From a virus (taxonomy: Duplodnaviria > Caudoviricetes): a stretch of 64,000 nt of DNA. The stretch covers positions 4,927-68,926 of the IMG/VR virus record IMGVR_UViG_3300033073_001493; one strand, written 5' to 3'. The translations under genes and the position numbers were made by a program. Below are positions 26,044 through 35,664 of this stretch, one piece after another. Below the pieces are notes generated by a model. The model did no database searches, was not told the origin of the DNA, and saw only the letters and a program-made list of their open reading frames with translations. Position 1 is the first letter of the stretch. Every line of letters begins with the position of its first letter.

Positions 26044-26336
26044 GACTGCACCTTCGCGAGCCCCGCCACGAGCTGCCGGCCCTTGCCGCTGATCTGCACG
26101 AAGCGCCTGGCGAAGCCGCCGCGCATCACCGTGCTGACCAGCACCAGGCCGTCGCTCTTCGCCTGCTCGATGGCGAGCAGCCGGAAGGCCATCGCAGGCA
26201 CAGGCGTGCCAGGCGTCACTTCGGCAAGTGTGCGCAGCATGTCGATGATGCCCTTGGCCACACGCTGCTTGCGCTGCTCTTCCGCATGGTCGATGTCGAT
26301 GACGTTCTCCATGCCGTTGTCATCACACGCGCTCAT
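26040..26336 (-). CDS. Hypothetical protein
   Basis: ATGA overlaps. Confidence 0.55.
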   Translation of the reverse strand: MSACDDNGMENVIDIDHAEEQRKQRVAKGIIDMLRTLAEVTPGTPVPAMAFRLLAIEQAKSDGLVLVSTVMRGGFARRFVQISGKGRQLVAGLAKVQS

Positions 26337-26599
26337 CGCTCACGACCACTAGCGCCCATCGAGCCCCACGGCGCAGGGCGCCCGGTGATGAGCGTGTAGA
26401 GATTGGCGAGCGCCTTGGGCGAGTCGACCAGCACGGCCTTCGCAAGCTCCCTCGCGGCAAGCCTGCGCGGTGACTCGGCCATGCGCTTTGCCTTCTCGTC
26501 ATCCGACAACGGCGGCAGCAGCGCCGTCGCCAGCGCCGACACGACAGGCAGCAGCGTTGCCCAGAACGCTGGCGACTCGAGCATCTCTCGCCAGGTCAT
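26333..26599 (-). CDS. Small membrane protein, possible holin
   Basis: One hydrophobic segment FWATLLPVVSALATALL; ATGA overlaps. Confidence 0.4.
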   Translation of the reverse strand: MTWREMLESPAFWATLLPVVSALATALLPPLSDDEKAKRMAESPRRLAARELAKAVLVDSPKALANLYTLITGRPAPWGSMGASGRER

Positions 26600-27135
26600 T
26601 GCCCACCCCACAGCCTCGCCACCGCTGCCAGGATCTCGGGCAGGTTGCGCGCCAGCTCGGCCACGACCAGCGTGCCGCCGCCGTACTTGGCGAGGCCCGG
26701 CGCATGGCGCTTCAGCACAGCGAGCGTGCTCTCTTGCTCGGCCACCTTGACCTCGGCCTTGGTCACGCGCTGCGCAGTCTCGTCGATGCGCCCCTCGTGC
26801 TCGCGGTCTGCCCGGTCGAGCCGGGCCAGGATGGCGAGCGCCTGGCCCTGCCCTTCGGCCAGCGCGCCGACGCTCTCCTTGACCACGCCAAGGTCTTTGG
26901 CGAGCACATTCGTCTTGTCGACCACCAGCGCAAGCGCGTGTGTGATCTTGCCCATCCGTGCAGCGTCCTCCTCGCTGTGGCGAATGAGGTCCTGGTGTAC
27001 CTCGGCGAGCCGCTCGTCCACGTAGGCGAGGCGCTCATCGAGCGTCATCGTTCTTGCCGGGCTGTCTGGCGGCTGGTCTTCCTGGGCTGCTGCCTGCCCG
27101 TTGGCGGCCATCGTCATTGCTCCTGCTTCGGTCAT
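26596..27135 (-). CDS. Coiled-coil protein with hydrophobic C-terminus (lysis-associated candidate)
   Basis: Long heptad pattern then GGGTLVVAELARNLPEILAAV. Confidence 0.5.
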   Translation of the reverse strand: MTEAGAMTMAANGQAAAQEDQPPDSPARTMTLDERLAYVDERLAEVHQDLIRHSEEDAARMGKITHALALVVDKTNVLAKDLGVVKESVGALAEGQGQALAILARLDRADREHEGRIDETAQRVTKAEVKVAEQESTLAVLKRHAPGLAKYGGGTLVVAELARNLPEILAAVARLWGGQ

Positions 27136-28466
27136 CACGATTCGAGGAACGTCCGCAGCCGGGCAAGCTGCGAGCTGTCGAACGGCACCGGGGAACGGAA
27201 GAAGCCCTTGATCTTTCCGGTCACGCCGTTCGACCCGCTGCTGCCAAAGAGATAGTGAACAGCATTTCCAGCCCCGACAGGATTGCCGTTGTAGGCAATG
27301 TATGTCGTGAGCCCGACTTCCACGCCGTCGACGTAGAGCTTGTGACCGGCGTGTGTGCCGTCGCACACGATCACGTAGGTGTGCCAGTCATTCGCGAACG
27401 TGCCGGCCGAGGCAGTCTTGACGGAGTGATTCGTGCCGTCGCTCGAATAGAGCGCGAACGTTCCCTCGCCTTGGTCAGTGTAGACGCGCACGTCTGCCCC
27501 TGCGTTGTGCATCGAGAGGAGCCCGCCAGCGGCGCTGAACTTCGCGCGAAAACCGATGGTGTGCCTCGTGTACGTGCCGAACGATGATGCGCTGACCAGC
27601 CTGTCATCGGCAGCCACGTCGAGCGCCGTGTTCGCCGCGTCATACGTCGGCCGGTTGCCAGCGGTCGCCTGCGCATAGGCCCCGGTCGACTCGATGGCGA
27701 GCACGGGCGTCCAAGAGGCGATGGCGTCGCCATTCGATGGTGCCGCGCCGGAACCGTTGAGGAGGCCGGCGTCGCGGGCCAACCACGGGCACGGGTAGGG
27801 CAGAAGGCACGCGCTGTCGTTCACTGCGGGGAGAAGCGCGCGGATCTGGTCAAGCATCAGTGATGCGTACAGGCCCTTGCCCATGTCGGAATAGTGAACA
27901 AGATCCGCATTGTAGTAGAAGTCGTTGGTCGTATCCGCCATCCTGCTGTCGCTGCCGAGTGCGCAGATGGCGTGCACCCTGCCACCAAACGTGGGGTCGC
28001 TGTTCACGGCCGCGATGAAGTCCTGGCGCTCCGACTCGAATCCGGGCGGCGTGCCCGGGTTCGTGCGAGGCGTTGGCGTGGTCAGCACGACGTATGGCCA
28101 CACCCCGGCAAGCTCGTCTATGTAGTCCTTGACGTACTGGACGCACTGAGCTGCCGTGGCGCCGTAGTAGAGGTCGTTGGTGACGCCCTCGAGCGATAGC
28201 ACGCACGCCTTCGACGCGTCGAGCTCGGGGTCCACCTCCGTAGCAACGAGGCCAAACAGCGTGCCTGGACCACCAGCGTGCTTGATGCTGTACGAGCCGT
28301 GCCCGTGGTTGACGACGGTGTTTGTTTTGCCGGCAGCGGTGAGCTGCGAGTTCATTGTCGCTGGCCAACCACCCGCGAGCGACGACCCAACGACGACGAT
28401 CTTTGGTTCGCGCGTGTCGAGCCATCTCCGACCGAACGCCATGCCCATGCCGATACCGAGCCTCAC
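27135..28466 (-). CDS. Fibre protein: GxGxG peptide, SGNH hydrolase domain, ConA/LamG-like domain
   Basis: MRLGIGMGM; IVVVGSS (block I Ser), GHGSY, GVTND, DLVH; C-terminal QATAGNRPT...WHTY. Confidence 0.75.
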   Translation of the reverse strand: MRLGIGMGMAFGRRWLDTREPKIVVVGSSLAGGWPATMNSQLTAAGKTNTVVNHGHGSYSIKHAGGPGTLFGLVATEVDPELDASKACVLSLEGVTNDLYYGATAAQCVQYVKDYIDELAGVWPYVVLTTPTPRTNPGTPPGFESERQDFIAAVNSDPTFGGRVHAICALGSDSRMADTTNDFYYNADLVHYSDMGKGLYASLMLDQIRALLPAVNDSACLLPYPCPWLARDAGLLNGSGAAPSNGDAIASWTPVLAIESTGAYAQATAGNRPTYDAANTALDVAADDRLVSASSFGTYTRHTIGFRAKFSAAGGLLSMHNAGADVRVYTDQGEGTFALYSSDGTNHSVKTASAGTFANDWHTYVIVCDGTHAGHKLYVDGVEVGLTTYIAYNGNPVGAGNAVHYLFGSSGSNGVTGKIKGFFRSPVPFDSSQLARLRTFLES

Positions 28467-29200
28467 GGCGTGCCCCACTTTGCCTTCAGGTAGTTCTCAC
28501 AGGCGTCGCGGTCGGTGTCGCTGAGCGCTGTGCTCGCCACCACCACCTCGTAGAAGTGGCCCTGCGTGTAGAACGCAGCCGTGTGGTAGCTGGCGAGATA
28601 GAGCGTGCCGTTGATGGTGTCGGTGCCGGGGGTGCTCGTGATGGTCACCTGCGACGACTGGTCACGGCGCATCTCGTAGTAGGGCGAAACGCCCTGCGTG
28701 CGGAACGAATAGCAGCACTTGGTGCCCACGCTGTAGGCGCTGGCGTTGTCGGCAGCGCGAGACGATGCGCCGCCACGGTGGATGCCGAGCGTGTTCGACG
28801 ACGGCTTGACCGAGTAGGCAAAGTGCGTCGCGTCCGCATCGAGGTCGAACACCAGCACCGACCCTGCGCTATCGACCTTGGCGACCAGGAATAGCGTGAA
28901 GTCGCCGAGGTTCATCGCCCTCGTCATCGTGTCGTCGGTGCCGTCGAACGACAGGCTGGTGCCGCTCGACGTGTACGTGGGCCTCGAGCCGCTCGTGCCC
29001 TGCGACAGGTGCCGGCTGTTGCCGCTCTTGTCGCCCCACGAGCCCACCGGGTCGCCGTTGGTGGTGACGGCCGTGGTGCGCGCGCTGTCCTGATAGAGCG
29101 TCGAGATGTCGCTCGCGTCAAACCACGCATAGAGGTTCGACCCCAGCGACGTGGGCGACCATGAGCGCTTCACGCGCGGCTGGCAGATGAGGATGCTCAC
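28463..29200 (-). CDS. ConA/LamG-like fibre protein, paralogue of 22773-23525
   Basis: AWFDASD..LYQDSARTT.V...DKSGNSRH...RPT; FDGTDD; YLKAKW. Confidence 0.7.
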   Translation of the reverse strand: MSILICQPRVKRSWSPTSLGSNLYAWFDASDISTLYQDSARTTAVTTNGDPVGSWGDKSGNSRHLSQGTSGSRPTYTSSGTSLSFDGTDDTMTRAMNLGDFTLFLVAKVDSAGSVLVFDLDADATHFAYSVKPSSNTLGIHRGGASSRAADNASAYSVGTKCCYSFRTQGVSPYYEMRRDQSSQVTITSTPGTDTINGTLYLASYHTAAFYTQGHFYEVVVASTALSDTDRDACENYLKAKWGTP

Positions 29201-29203
29201 GGG

Positions 29204-31261
29204 TCAGCCCACGAGGTAGATGCCAAGGATGACGATGCGCACCTCGCCCGTCGTCACGCTGCTGCCAGAGACGGCGTTGCGGAAGGTGATCGTCTTGTCG
29301 GCCGAGTAGATGGCGCTGCCGTTGGTCGAGAAGTCCGCGCCCCAGTGCGACGACGACTCGCCGAGCAGCGCGGCTGCGGCAGGCGCCGCGGTCGCGGTGA
29401 TCAGTTCGTTGACCGAGGCGCCCACGCCGATCGACAGCGTGCTCGTGCCGCCCGAGGTGGAGGTCTTGCCGTAGATGAGCACGCGCGTGATGAGCGCGCC
29501 TGCGGGGATGCGCAGCAGGTCGGTGTCGTTGTTGCCGACAGAGGCAATCAGCGACACGTCCTTTTCGTAGATGAGCGCCTGCTTCTCGGGCGAGTAGATG
29601 GCGCTGCCGTCGGCGTAGATGTGCTTGGTCTGCCCCGGCGCGAGGTAGATGCTGATGCCGCCGCCGGTGATCTTCGTCGTCTTGGTGGCGGTGGTGATGC
29701 TGTTCTTGATGGCGCCAGCCGCCCCCGCCGTCGTCACGTAGGCGAGCGAGAGGTCGCTGCCGAGCGTGCCGGTCAGGTCGATGAGGTGCCCTTCGAGCTC
29801 GCTCGAGCCGAGCGACACGGTGCCGCCGCCAGAGCTGAAGCTCTTGGTCACGCGGTCGCCGTTCCACGCCTGGCCGTCGAGCGCCCGCGTGCGATCGCAG
29901 CGCATGGTGCTCGACACGTAGCTGCTGCCCGACACGTCGAGCGCGTAGGCCGGTGACGAGGTGCCGATGCCGAGACGCTTGGCGTCGCCCGAGGCGCTGC
30001 CGGCAAAGCGAGCCACCTCGATGCCCGAGGTGTCCTTGACGATGAGCTTGCCGCGGTTCGTTGCCGTCGAGCCTGCGCCCACCGTCAGCGTGATGTCGCC
30101 GCCCGTCGACCCAGACGACGCCTGCGCCTCGAACGTCCACCCGCCACCAGCACCGGCGACGCTCGCGGCGTAGCGGTGCGTGACGCTCGTCGTGGTCGAA
30201 GGCGTCTCGACGCGCACCGTGGTCGACGCCGGGCGCGAGTAGGTGAGAAAGTCGCCGTAGCCCGTCGCGTCCGCGCGCAGCGTGATGACGGCGCCGGTCA
30301 CCTTGGTGATCGACCAGGTCTCGCCGCCCAGCATCACCGTCGCGGCTGCGGGGTTGGAGAGCGTAGAGCGCGACGTGAGCCCGCCCGAGTCGTAGATGCT
30401 GACCGAATCGACCTCGGGGTTTGCTGACCACGAGTTGGCGGCGCCGTCGCTGGTGAGCACCGACCGCGTGCCGCCCGTGGCGAGCTTGGTCACGTCGATG
30501 TTGGCGGTCGCGTCGATGTGGTTGTCGGTGATGAGCGCGTACTCGGTGGCGTTGCCCGCGGCGTTCGTCACCAGCGCGTAGTACGCGGTGCCGTAGGCGA
30601 CATTGGCGATAGGCAGGCGGCCCGTCACCGCGTCGCTGTCGGCAAGGTCGAGCGCCCCGTTGACGAAGGCCGAGCCGTTGTACTTGAGCGTCTGCCCTGT
30701 CGCGAGGCCCGAGAGCGTGAACGTGACGCCGCCCACCTTGGCCACGGTGGGGTTCGGATAGGTGCCCGAGAGGTCGCCGCCAGCAGCGCCCGTGGGCGGG
30801 CCGCCACCGCCGCCTGCGCGAAGCAAGTCGTTGATCGCCTTGGTCCAGCCGTACTGCCCGGCCTCCTGCCGCTCGCCCACGGCGATGGTCTGGAAGCCTG
30901 CGCTGTTCAGCACCTTGATGGCGAGCGACTGGTCGAGGTCTGCGTCCTCGTCGCCATTGCCGTCACGGCCGTTGTTGACGAGGCAGCGGAGCAGCCACGC
31001 GCCGCCCTGCTTGGGCACCGTGAACGAGCACGTCTTGTCGGGATTGCTCGTCACCGTGGGCAGCGAGCCCGCGTGGTCATCGTCAGCGGACGTGATCGAC
31101 CACTGCACGGTGTTCACGCCCGAGGTGCTGTCGAGCTGCGCCTTGATCGAGTAGTTGCCGGCGGCGTTGTAGGCGAGCGCCGTCGCGTCGGCGAACGCCA
31201 CGCCGGGCGTGCCGTAGGTCGAGCCGCCGTCGCTCGAGAGCTTGAAGAGGGCGCTTGCCAT
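29204..31261 (-). CDS. Tail fibre-like structural protein
   Basis: 685 aa, Gly/Ser/Thr-rich; PTGAAGGDLSGTYPNPTV; LGIGTSSPAYALDVSG. Confidence 0.7.
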   Translation of the reverse strand: MASALFKLSSDGGSTYGTPGVAFADATALAYNAAGNYSIKAQLDSTSGVNTVQWSITSADDDHAGSLPTVTSNPDKTCSFTVPKQGGAWLLRCLVNNGRDGNGDEDADLDQSLAIKVLNSAGFQTIAVGERQEAGQYGWTKAINDLLRAGGGGGPPTGAAGGDLSGTYPNPTVAKVGGVTFTLSGLATGQTLKYNGSAFVNGALDLADSDAVTGRLPIANVAYGTAYYALVTNAAGNATEYALITDNHIDATANIDVTKLATGGTRSVLTSDGAANSWSANPEVDSVSIYDSGGLTSRSTLSNPAAATVMLGGETWSITKVTGAVITLRADATGYGDFLTYSRPASTTVRVETPSTTTSVTHRYAASVAGAGGGWTFEAQASSGSTGGDITLTVGAGSTATNRGKLIVKDTSGIEVARFAGSASGDAKRLGIGTSSPAYALDVSGSSYVSSTMRCDRTRALDGQAWNGDRVTKSFSSGGGTVSLGSSELEGHLIDLTGTLGSDLSLAYVTTAGAAGAIKNSITTATKTTKITGGGISIYLAPGQTKHIYADGSAIYSPEKQALIYEKDVSLIASVGNNDTDLLRIPAGALITRVLIYGKTSTSGGTSTLSIGVGASVNELITATAAPAAAALLGESSSHWGADFSTNGSAIYSADKTITFRNAVSGSSVTTGEVRIVILGIYLVG

Positions 31262-31375
31262 GCGTGCGTGCTCGTGTGGGTGAGAAGCCAGGGAAGGGCC
31301 GGGGCGTGCCCGGCGTAGGGGCGAGACGTGTGCAGCCGCTTGCCCAGCGGCCTGCGCGCGGGAGACGATGCCGCC

Positions 31376-32434
31376 ATGACCTCTGCCCAAGCGGCCCGCA
31401 CAGCGGGCCTGGCCCTACTGCTCTTCGCCTGCTCGTCGTCCGACGAGGCCGAGACTGCCCAGCCTGCCGCTACGGCCGCGCAGGGCGGCGCCTCGGCGGG
31501 GGCCGGTGCGCCAGCGGCGGGGCAGGCTGGCAAGGCTCAGGCGGGAGCGGCTGGCGCTGCGCAGGGGAGCGCGGGCAAGCCGGCGTCGGCTGGCTCGGGC
31601 GGCTCTGCTGGGCAGGGCAACGCAGGCAGCGACGCAGGAGGCGCTGGCGGCGCCATGGCGGGCTCGCCTGCGTCGGGTGGGGCTGGCGGCCAGGCTGCTG
31701 GTGGCGAGGCTGCCAGCGGGCAGGCAGGCGCCGGGGGCGAACAGGCTGGCGGTGCGGCGGGAGAGAGCGGCGCTGGTGGCGAGGCGGGCAGCGCGGGCGC
31801 CTCACCTACAGGGGGCGCTGGTGGCGCTAGTGGCGCAGGCGGCAGCCCTGCCGAGTGCACCGAGGGGCAGCACCAGGGGTGCGAGTGCCCCATCGCTGGC
31901 GAGGTCGGCTTGCAGGCGTGCCAGGCCGACGGGAGCTGGGGCCCGTGCGAGGGCTGCCCTGACTACCCCGTGCCTGTCGAGGGCGTGGACTACAACCTCT
32001 GCGAAGACTCTGGCAACCCCGTCGGCCAGTGCGCCGGGGTGCCCGGTTACTACGGCTGCATCACCGACTTTGACGACTCATTCTTCGAGGTCTGGGTCAC
32101 CAAGCACTGCAAGCAGCAGGGGGCGCCGTTCCTGTGCTGCGACGTGCCGAGCGCATGTGACCGCGTGGCGGTCAACATGGTCGAGCCCGGCGTCGTGTTG
32201 ACGTGCGACGAGTACGAAGCCGAGACGGGCGTGAAGGTCACGAACTCGAGTTGCAAGAACTCAAGCAAGCCGTGCAGTGTTGTGCGCCCGGCACTCAGTT
32301 CGTGCTGGGCCATGTGCACATCGACGGAGGCCAACGGCAAATGTCCGTCCGAGGGGAACAGCGAGTGCGAGAGCACGTGGGCCTACGAGCAGGCAGGGCC
32401 CGGCGCGTTCATCGGATGCTGCTTCGATCTGTGA
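31376..32434 (+). CDS. Myxobacterial-style lipoprotein (G/A/S-rich linker, Cys-rich C-terminus), moron-like
   Basis: Lipobox LLLFA-C; low-complexity linker; CECP...QACQADGSWGPC; antisense to the structural block. Confidence 0.8.
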   Translation: MTSAQAARTAGLALLLFACSSSDEAETAQPAATAAQGGASAGAGAPAAGQAGKAQAGAAGAAQGSAGKPASAGSGGSAGQGNAGSDAGGAGGAMAGSPASGGAGGQAAGGEAASGQAGAGGEQAGGAAGESGAGGEAGSAGASPTGGAGGASGAGGSPAECTEGQHQGCECPIAGEVGLQACQADGSWGPCEGCPDYPVPVEGVDYNLCEDSGNPVGQCAGVPGYYGCITDFDDSFFEVWVTKHCKQQGAPFLCCDVPSACDRVAVNMVEPGVVLTCDEYEAETGVKVTNSSCKNSSKPCSVVRPALSSCWAMCTSTEANGKCPSEGNSECESTWAYEQAGPGAFIGCCFDL

Positions 32435-32442
32435 CAAAACCA

Positions 32443-33279
32443 TCAGCAAGCGCCGCCGTGATTCGAGCAGCAGCCAGGCCGCATTGTGCCGTAGGTGCAC
32501 GACGGCGACGACGTGCCGTCGCAGCACTTCACCGGAGAGCGGAGGCGCTTCTCCTCTTCGCGCTTGGCGTCGAGCGCCTTGGGCCCTTCGTCTGCGCACA
32601 GCTTGTCGCAGACGGGCCCCTTCTCGGCGATCTTGTCGGCACCAACGTTGGCCACCACGTCGGGCCGGAACTCGCACTTGTATGGCTTCTTGAGTCCGTT
32701 CGTCTCGACAAACCTAGCGACGCATTCTGAGAGCGGGCCGCGCATGTGCGTCGCGTCCGCTTCGGCAGCGGCCTTCTCACAGGCATCTTGCGCCTTGCCC
32801 CTCTCTTGCTCCGTCGCGTCGGCCGGGCCTGGCTGGATTGCCTTCGCATCCCATTTGCGGCGGCACCTGTCCCGTGTCGTGAAGAGCCAGTCGGCCACCA
32901 GGCGCTCTCGATCCGCCTTTGCCTTGGCGTCTTTGCGCTCCTGCTCAGCCGCGTCTCGCTTTTCCTGCCGCTCTCGCTCGGCGGTCTGCCTCTTCTCCTC
33001 TAGCTCCCTGGCTTCCGCCTTGCGCTCGGCGTTCAGGTACTTGTCGACCTCGAGCTGCAAGAAGAGCCGGTCCTGCTCGGCGTCTCCACATCGCACGTAG
33101 CCAACCGTGTTGTCCTTGCAGTTGGCCTTGCGTGCTGTCGCTTCGCGCAGCAGCGCCTCGCACGATTCTTTGTCCTTACAGTGCTTGAGCTTCTGCTTGA
33201 AGCCATCGTCCTGCCCAAGCGCGGCGGCGCATCCGGGCACGAGCAGCATGGCGATGGTGGCAAATCGCATGGCGCGCAT
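32443..33279 (-). CDS. Lipoprotein with C-terminal CCDG..SPSC....GCCSNHGG module (DUF3761-like)
   Basis: Lipobox MLLVPG-C; charged coiled coil; terminal Cys motif. Confidence 0.75.
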   Translation of the reverse strand: MRAMRFATIAMLLVPGCAAALGQDDGFKQKLKHCKDKESCEALLREATARKANCKDNTVGYVRCGDAEQDRLFLQLEVDKYLNAERKAEARELEEKRQTAERERQEKRDAAEQERKDAKAKADRERLVADWLFTTRDRCRRKWDAKAIQPGPADATEQERGKAQDACEKAAAEADATHMRGPLSECVARFVETNGLKKPYKCEFRPDVVANVGADKIAEKGPVCDKLCADEGPKALDAKREEEKRLRSPVKCCDGTSSPSCTYGTMRPGCCSNHGGAC

Positions 33280-33301
33280 GCTCGCCTCGCCGCGGCGCAT
33301 G

Positions 33302-34978
33302 TCAACGGTGCCGTGAGATAATGGGGCCTAAAGTCCAGCCGTAGCGCTTGACCAGCCAGTCATCGCTGAAGTTGAGCGAGCTGTCGTTGGGGTCCGCAAC
33401 CGGGTCGTCGAGCGACTGCTTGACCGCATCTTGCCACGCGCCATGCAGGCGCAGCATCAGCGCCGTGCCCTCGCGTGCGGCGTAGGTGGCGACCGGCGCA
33501 TGCGCACCCAGCACGGGCGACTTGTGCGCGTCGGTGGCCGCATTGCCGTCGAGCATGTGCTGCTCGAGCGCCAGCACGAACAGCTCAAGCACGCGCTGTG
33601 CGTCGGCCATGTTCGCCGCGCGCAGCGGGATCTTGATCTGCGTCGGCGTGCCGCCGCTGCCGTGGTCGTGATAGAGCGTCGTCAGCGTGTTGTTCGCGTC
33701 CAGGTTGGCCGCGTGCCGCTCGAGCGCGTCGGCGAGCTTGTTCACCATGTTGATGAAGCCGCCCGGGGTCGATGGCGCCTTGCCGATGATGGTGTTGTCG
33801 GTGTCGGCGGTGCCGTGCGCAGTCTCTCGCGTCGTCGCCAGGACGTGAGGGCGCATGTCGTCGCGCAGGATGTCGGTGCGCTCGCAGAGCTGGGCGATGT
33901 CGCTCGGCTCTTCGAGCCAGCGGTTCCCGTTGCCGTCGACCATGTTGCCCGAAGAGATGCCGTGCGCGGTGTAGTTCAGGAAGTGCCCGAAGCTCATCTT
34001 CTCGCGCAGGTCTTTCCAGAGCGTGACGGCGCTGTCGAAGTCGGTGGCGGCCGGCGCAGTGAGCGTGTTCGTCCCGTCAGCAAACGCGTGCACGCTGCCC
34101 GCCGTCTTGACGATGTGGGCGTTGTGCTTCGTGCGCATGTCGTTCAGGATCGCGATGGCGTTGGCAAGCGAGTCGGCGGCGGTGCCAACGGGAGCGTTCG
34201 TGCCGTCTGCCGCGCCGTGCAGCGCGTAGGTCGGGCCGGTGTGCGCGCAGTGCGAGCGCCACGCGGCCATGATCGCATCCAGGTCGGTGCGGTCGAATGC
34301 CACCCGCGCGTCGAGCCGGTTGGTCGTGTCCATGTTGCGGATCGCGGTGAGCGCGGTCAGCACGTCGTAGCTCATCGCCGCCGCCTTGGCGGCCGTGGTG
34401 TTCGCAGCAGTCAGCGTGACCGACTCGTTGCCGGTCTCCGTCGGGTACTGGTCGTCCACGCGGTCGGCGTAGCTGCGGATCTTGACCACGGCGGTGTCGG
34501 GTGTCGTGCCGATGGTGCGCGAGCGCTCGGCGGCGACCCAGAAGACGCGCGTGTATTCGGTCGCTGTGCCGGTGACGCCGGTGTCGGCCTGGGCGTAGGT
34601 GCCGAGCGCCGCCTCTTCGTTGTCTTGCTGCGTCGCCTCGGGCTCGATGCTGTGCCCGCCGTAGTGCGCGGCGAAGACCCACTCGCGCACGTCGCGGCAG
34701 GCGATGACGTAGCGCCCGGCCACGTCGGGGACGAAGCTCGCCTGCCCCTTCTGGTCGACCTTGAGCCGGATATCGGACAGCTCCAGGTTGTCGGCCGCGT
34801 AGGTCTCGAGCGTATCGAGCTCGGAGCCGGGCGGCGCGCTGGAGACGTACCAGCGCAGCACGTTGCCTGCGCGCGTGCCGACGAAGCTCCACGTCACGGT
34901 CTCGCCCACCAGACACGTCTCGCGAGACGGCCTGATGTGCGTGCCGGTGTAGGCTGGCGGGTAGGCGGGATAGCTCAT
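33302..34978 (-). CDS. Putative virion protein with His-pair helical repeats
   Basis: 558 aa in the tail cluster; recurring L..L....H.......H...D..N pattern. Confidence 0.6.
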   Translation of the reverse strand: MSYPAYPPAYTGTHIRPSRETCLVGETVTWSFVGTRAGNVLRWYVSSAPPGSELDTLETYAADNLELSDIRLKVDQKGQASFVPDVAGRYVIACRDVREWVFAAHYGGHSIEPEATQQDNEEAALGTYAQADTGVTGTATEYTRVFWVAAERSRTIGTTPDTAVVKIRSYADRVDDQYPTETGNESVTLTAANTTAAKAAAMSYDVLTALTAIRNMDTTNRLDARVAFDRTDLDAIMAAWRSHCAHTGPTYALHGAADGTNAPVGTAADSLANAIAILNDMRTKHNAHIVKTAGSVHAFADGTNTLTAPAATDFDSAVTLWKDLREKMSFGHFLNYTAHGISSGNMVDGNGNRWLEEPSDIAQLCERTDILRDDMRPHVLATTRETAHGTADTDNTIIGKAPSTPGGFINMVNKLADALERHAANLDANNTLTTLYHDHGSGGTPTQIKIPLRAANMADAQRVLELFVLALEQHMLDGNAATDAHKSPVLGAHAPVATYAAREGTALMLRLHGAWQDAVKQSLDDPVADPNDSSLNFSDDWLVKRYGWTLGPIISRHR

Positions 34979-34981
34979 CTG

Positions 34982-35653
34982 TCAGACCCAGCGCACCTGC
35001 GAGCACTCGACGGTGACCATGGGGCGATAGACCTTGAGCCCGTCGCTGGTGCCGGTGCTGTTCGAGTCGCCGATGAAGTAGATGTAGTAGTTGCGACCCG
35101 TCGCGATGGTGTGGTTGATCGATGAGATCGTGATCGCGTGGTAGGTCTCGTAGGCCGCTTCGCTGCCTGATGGGTCAGACGTGCCGCCAGCGCTCAGGTC
35201 CGTCACGGCGCCCGACGACATGGTGACGTAGGCGAGGCCCACCTTGGGCAGCGTCGGGAGGCCGGCGCCAGCGGCGGGCTTCTCGACATAGAGCTTGATG
35301 GTCTGGAGCACCGACGTGGCCGGCAGGTGCAGCCACCACCGCAGCGTCTTGCTCGCGGCGAGCTGCTGGCAGTAAGCGGCATATCCGAAGTCCCAGTCGG
35401 CATCATTGCCGATGGGCGAGCTGACCGGGCCGCACACGTCGGTGACCGTGTGCGAGAAGTAGAAGTCGCCGCCGCCGCTCTTGTCGATGAAGAGCGAGTG
35501 CGTGCTCGTGGCGATCGTGGCGTTGCCCGCGAGTGTGCTCGTGCCCTCGTTGGCGAGTCGAGCGTACTGCTCGTCATCGAGCTGGTTGATCTCGGCCGCG
35601 GTGAGCCGGTCGCCCGTGTTCTTGGGGCTGCTGAAGACCTTGGTGGGTGCCAT
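34982..35653 (-). CDS. Putative tail/baseplate protein
   Basis: GDRLTAAEINQLD N-terminus; follows the baseplate genes. Confidence 0.55.
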   Translation of the reverse strand: MAPTKVFSSPKNTGDRLTAAEINQLDDEQYARLANEGTSTLAGNATIATSTHSLFIDKSGGGDFYFSHTVTDVCGPVSSPIGNDADWDFGYAAYCQQLAASKTLRWWLHLPATSVLQTIKLYVEKPAAGAGLPTLPKVGLAYVTMSSGAVTDLSAGGTSDPSGSEAAYETYHAITISSINHTIATGRNYYIYFIGDSNSTGTSDGLKVYRPMVTVECSQVRWV

Positions 35654-35664
35654 GCGGTGCTCGC

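Noticed and set aside
31480-31850. GGC/GCT-rich periodic DNA as a guide-RNA or repeat array
   Set aside because: In-frame Gly/Ala/Ser linker of a lipoprotein; no constant repeat unit or spacers
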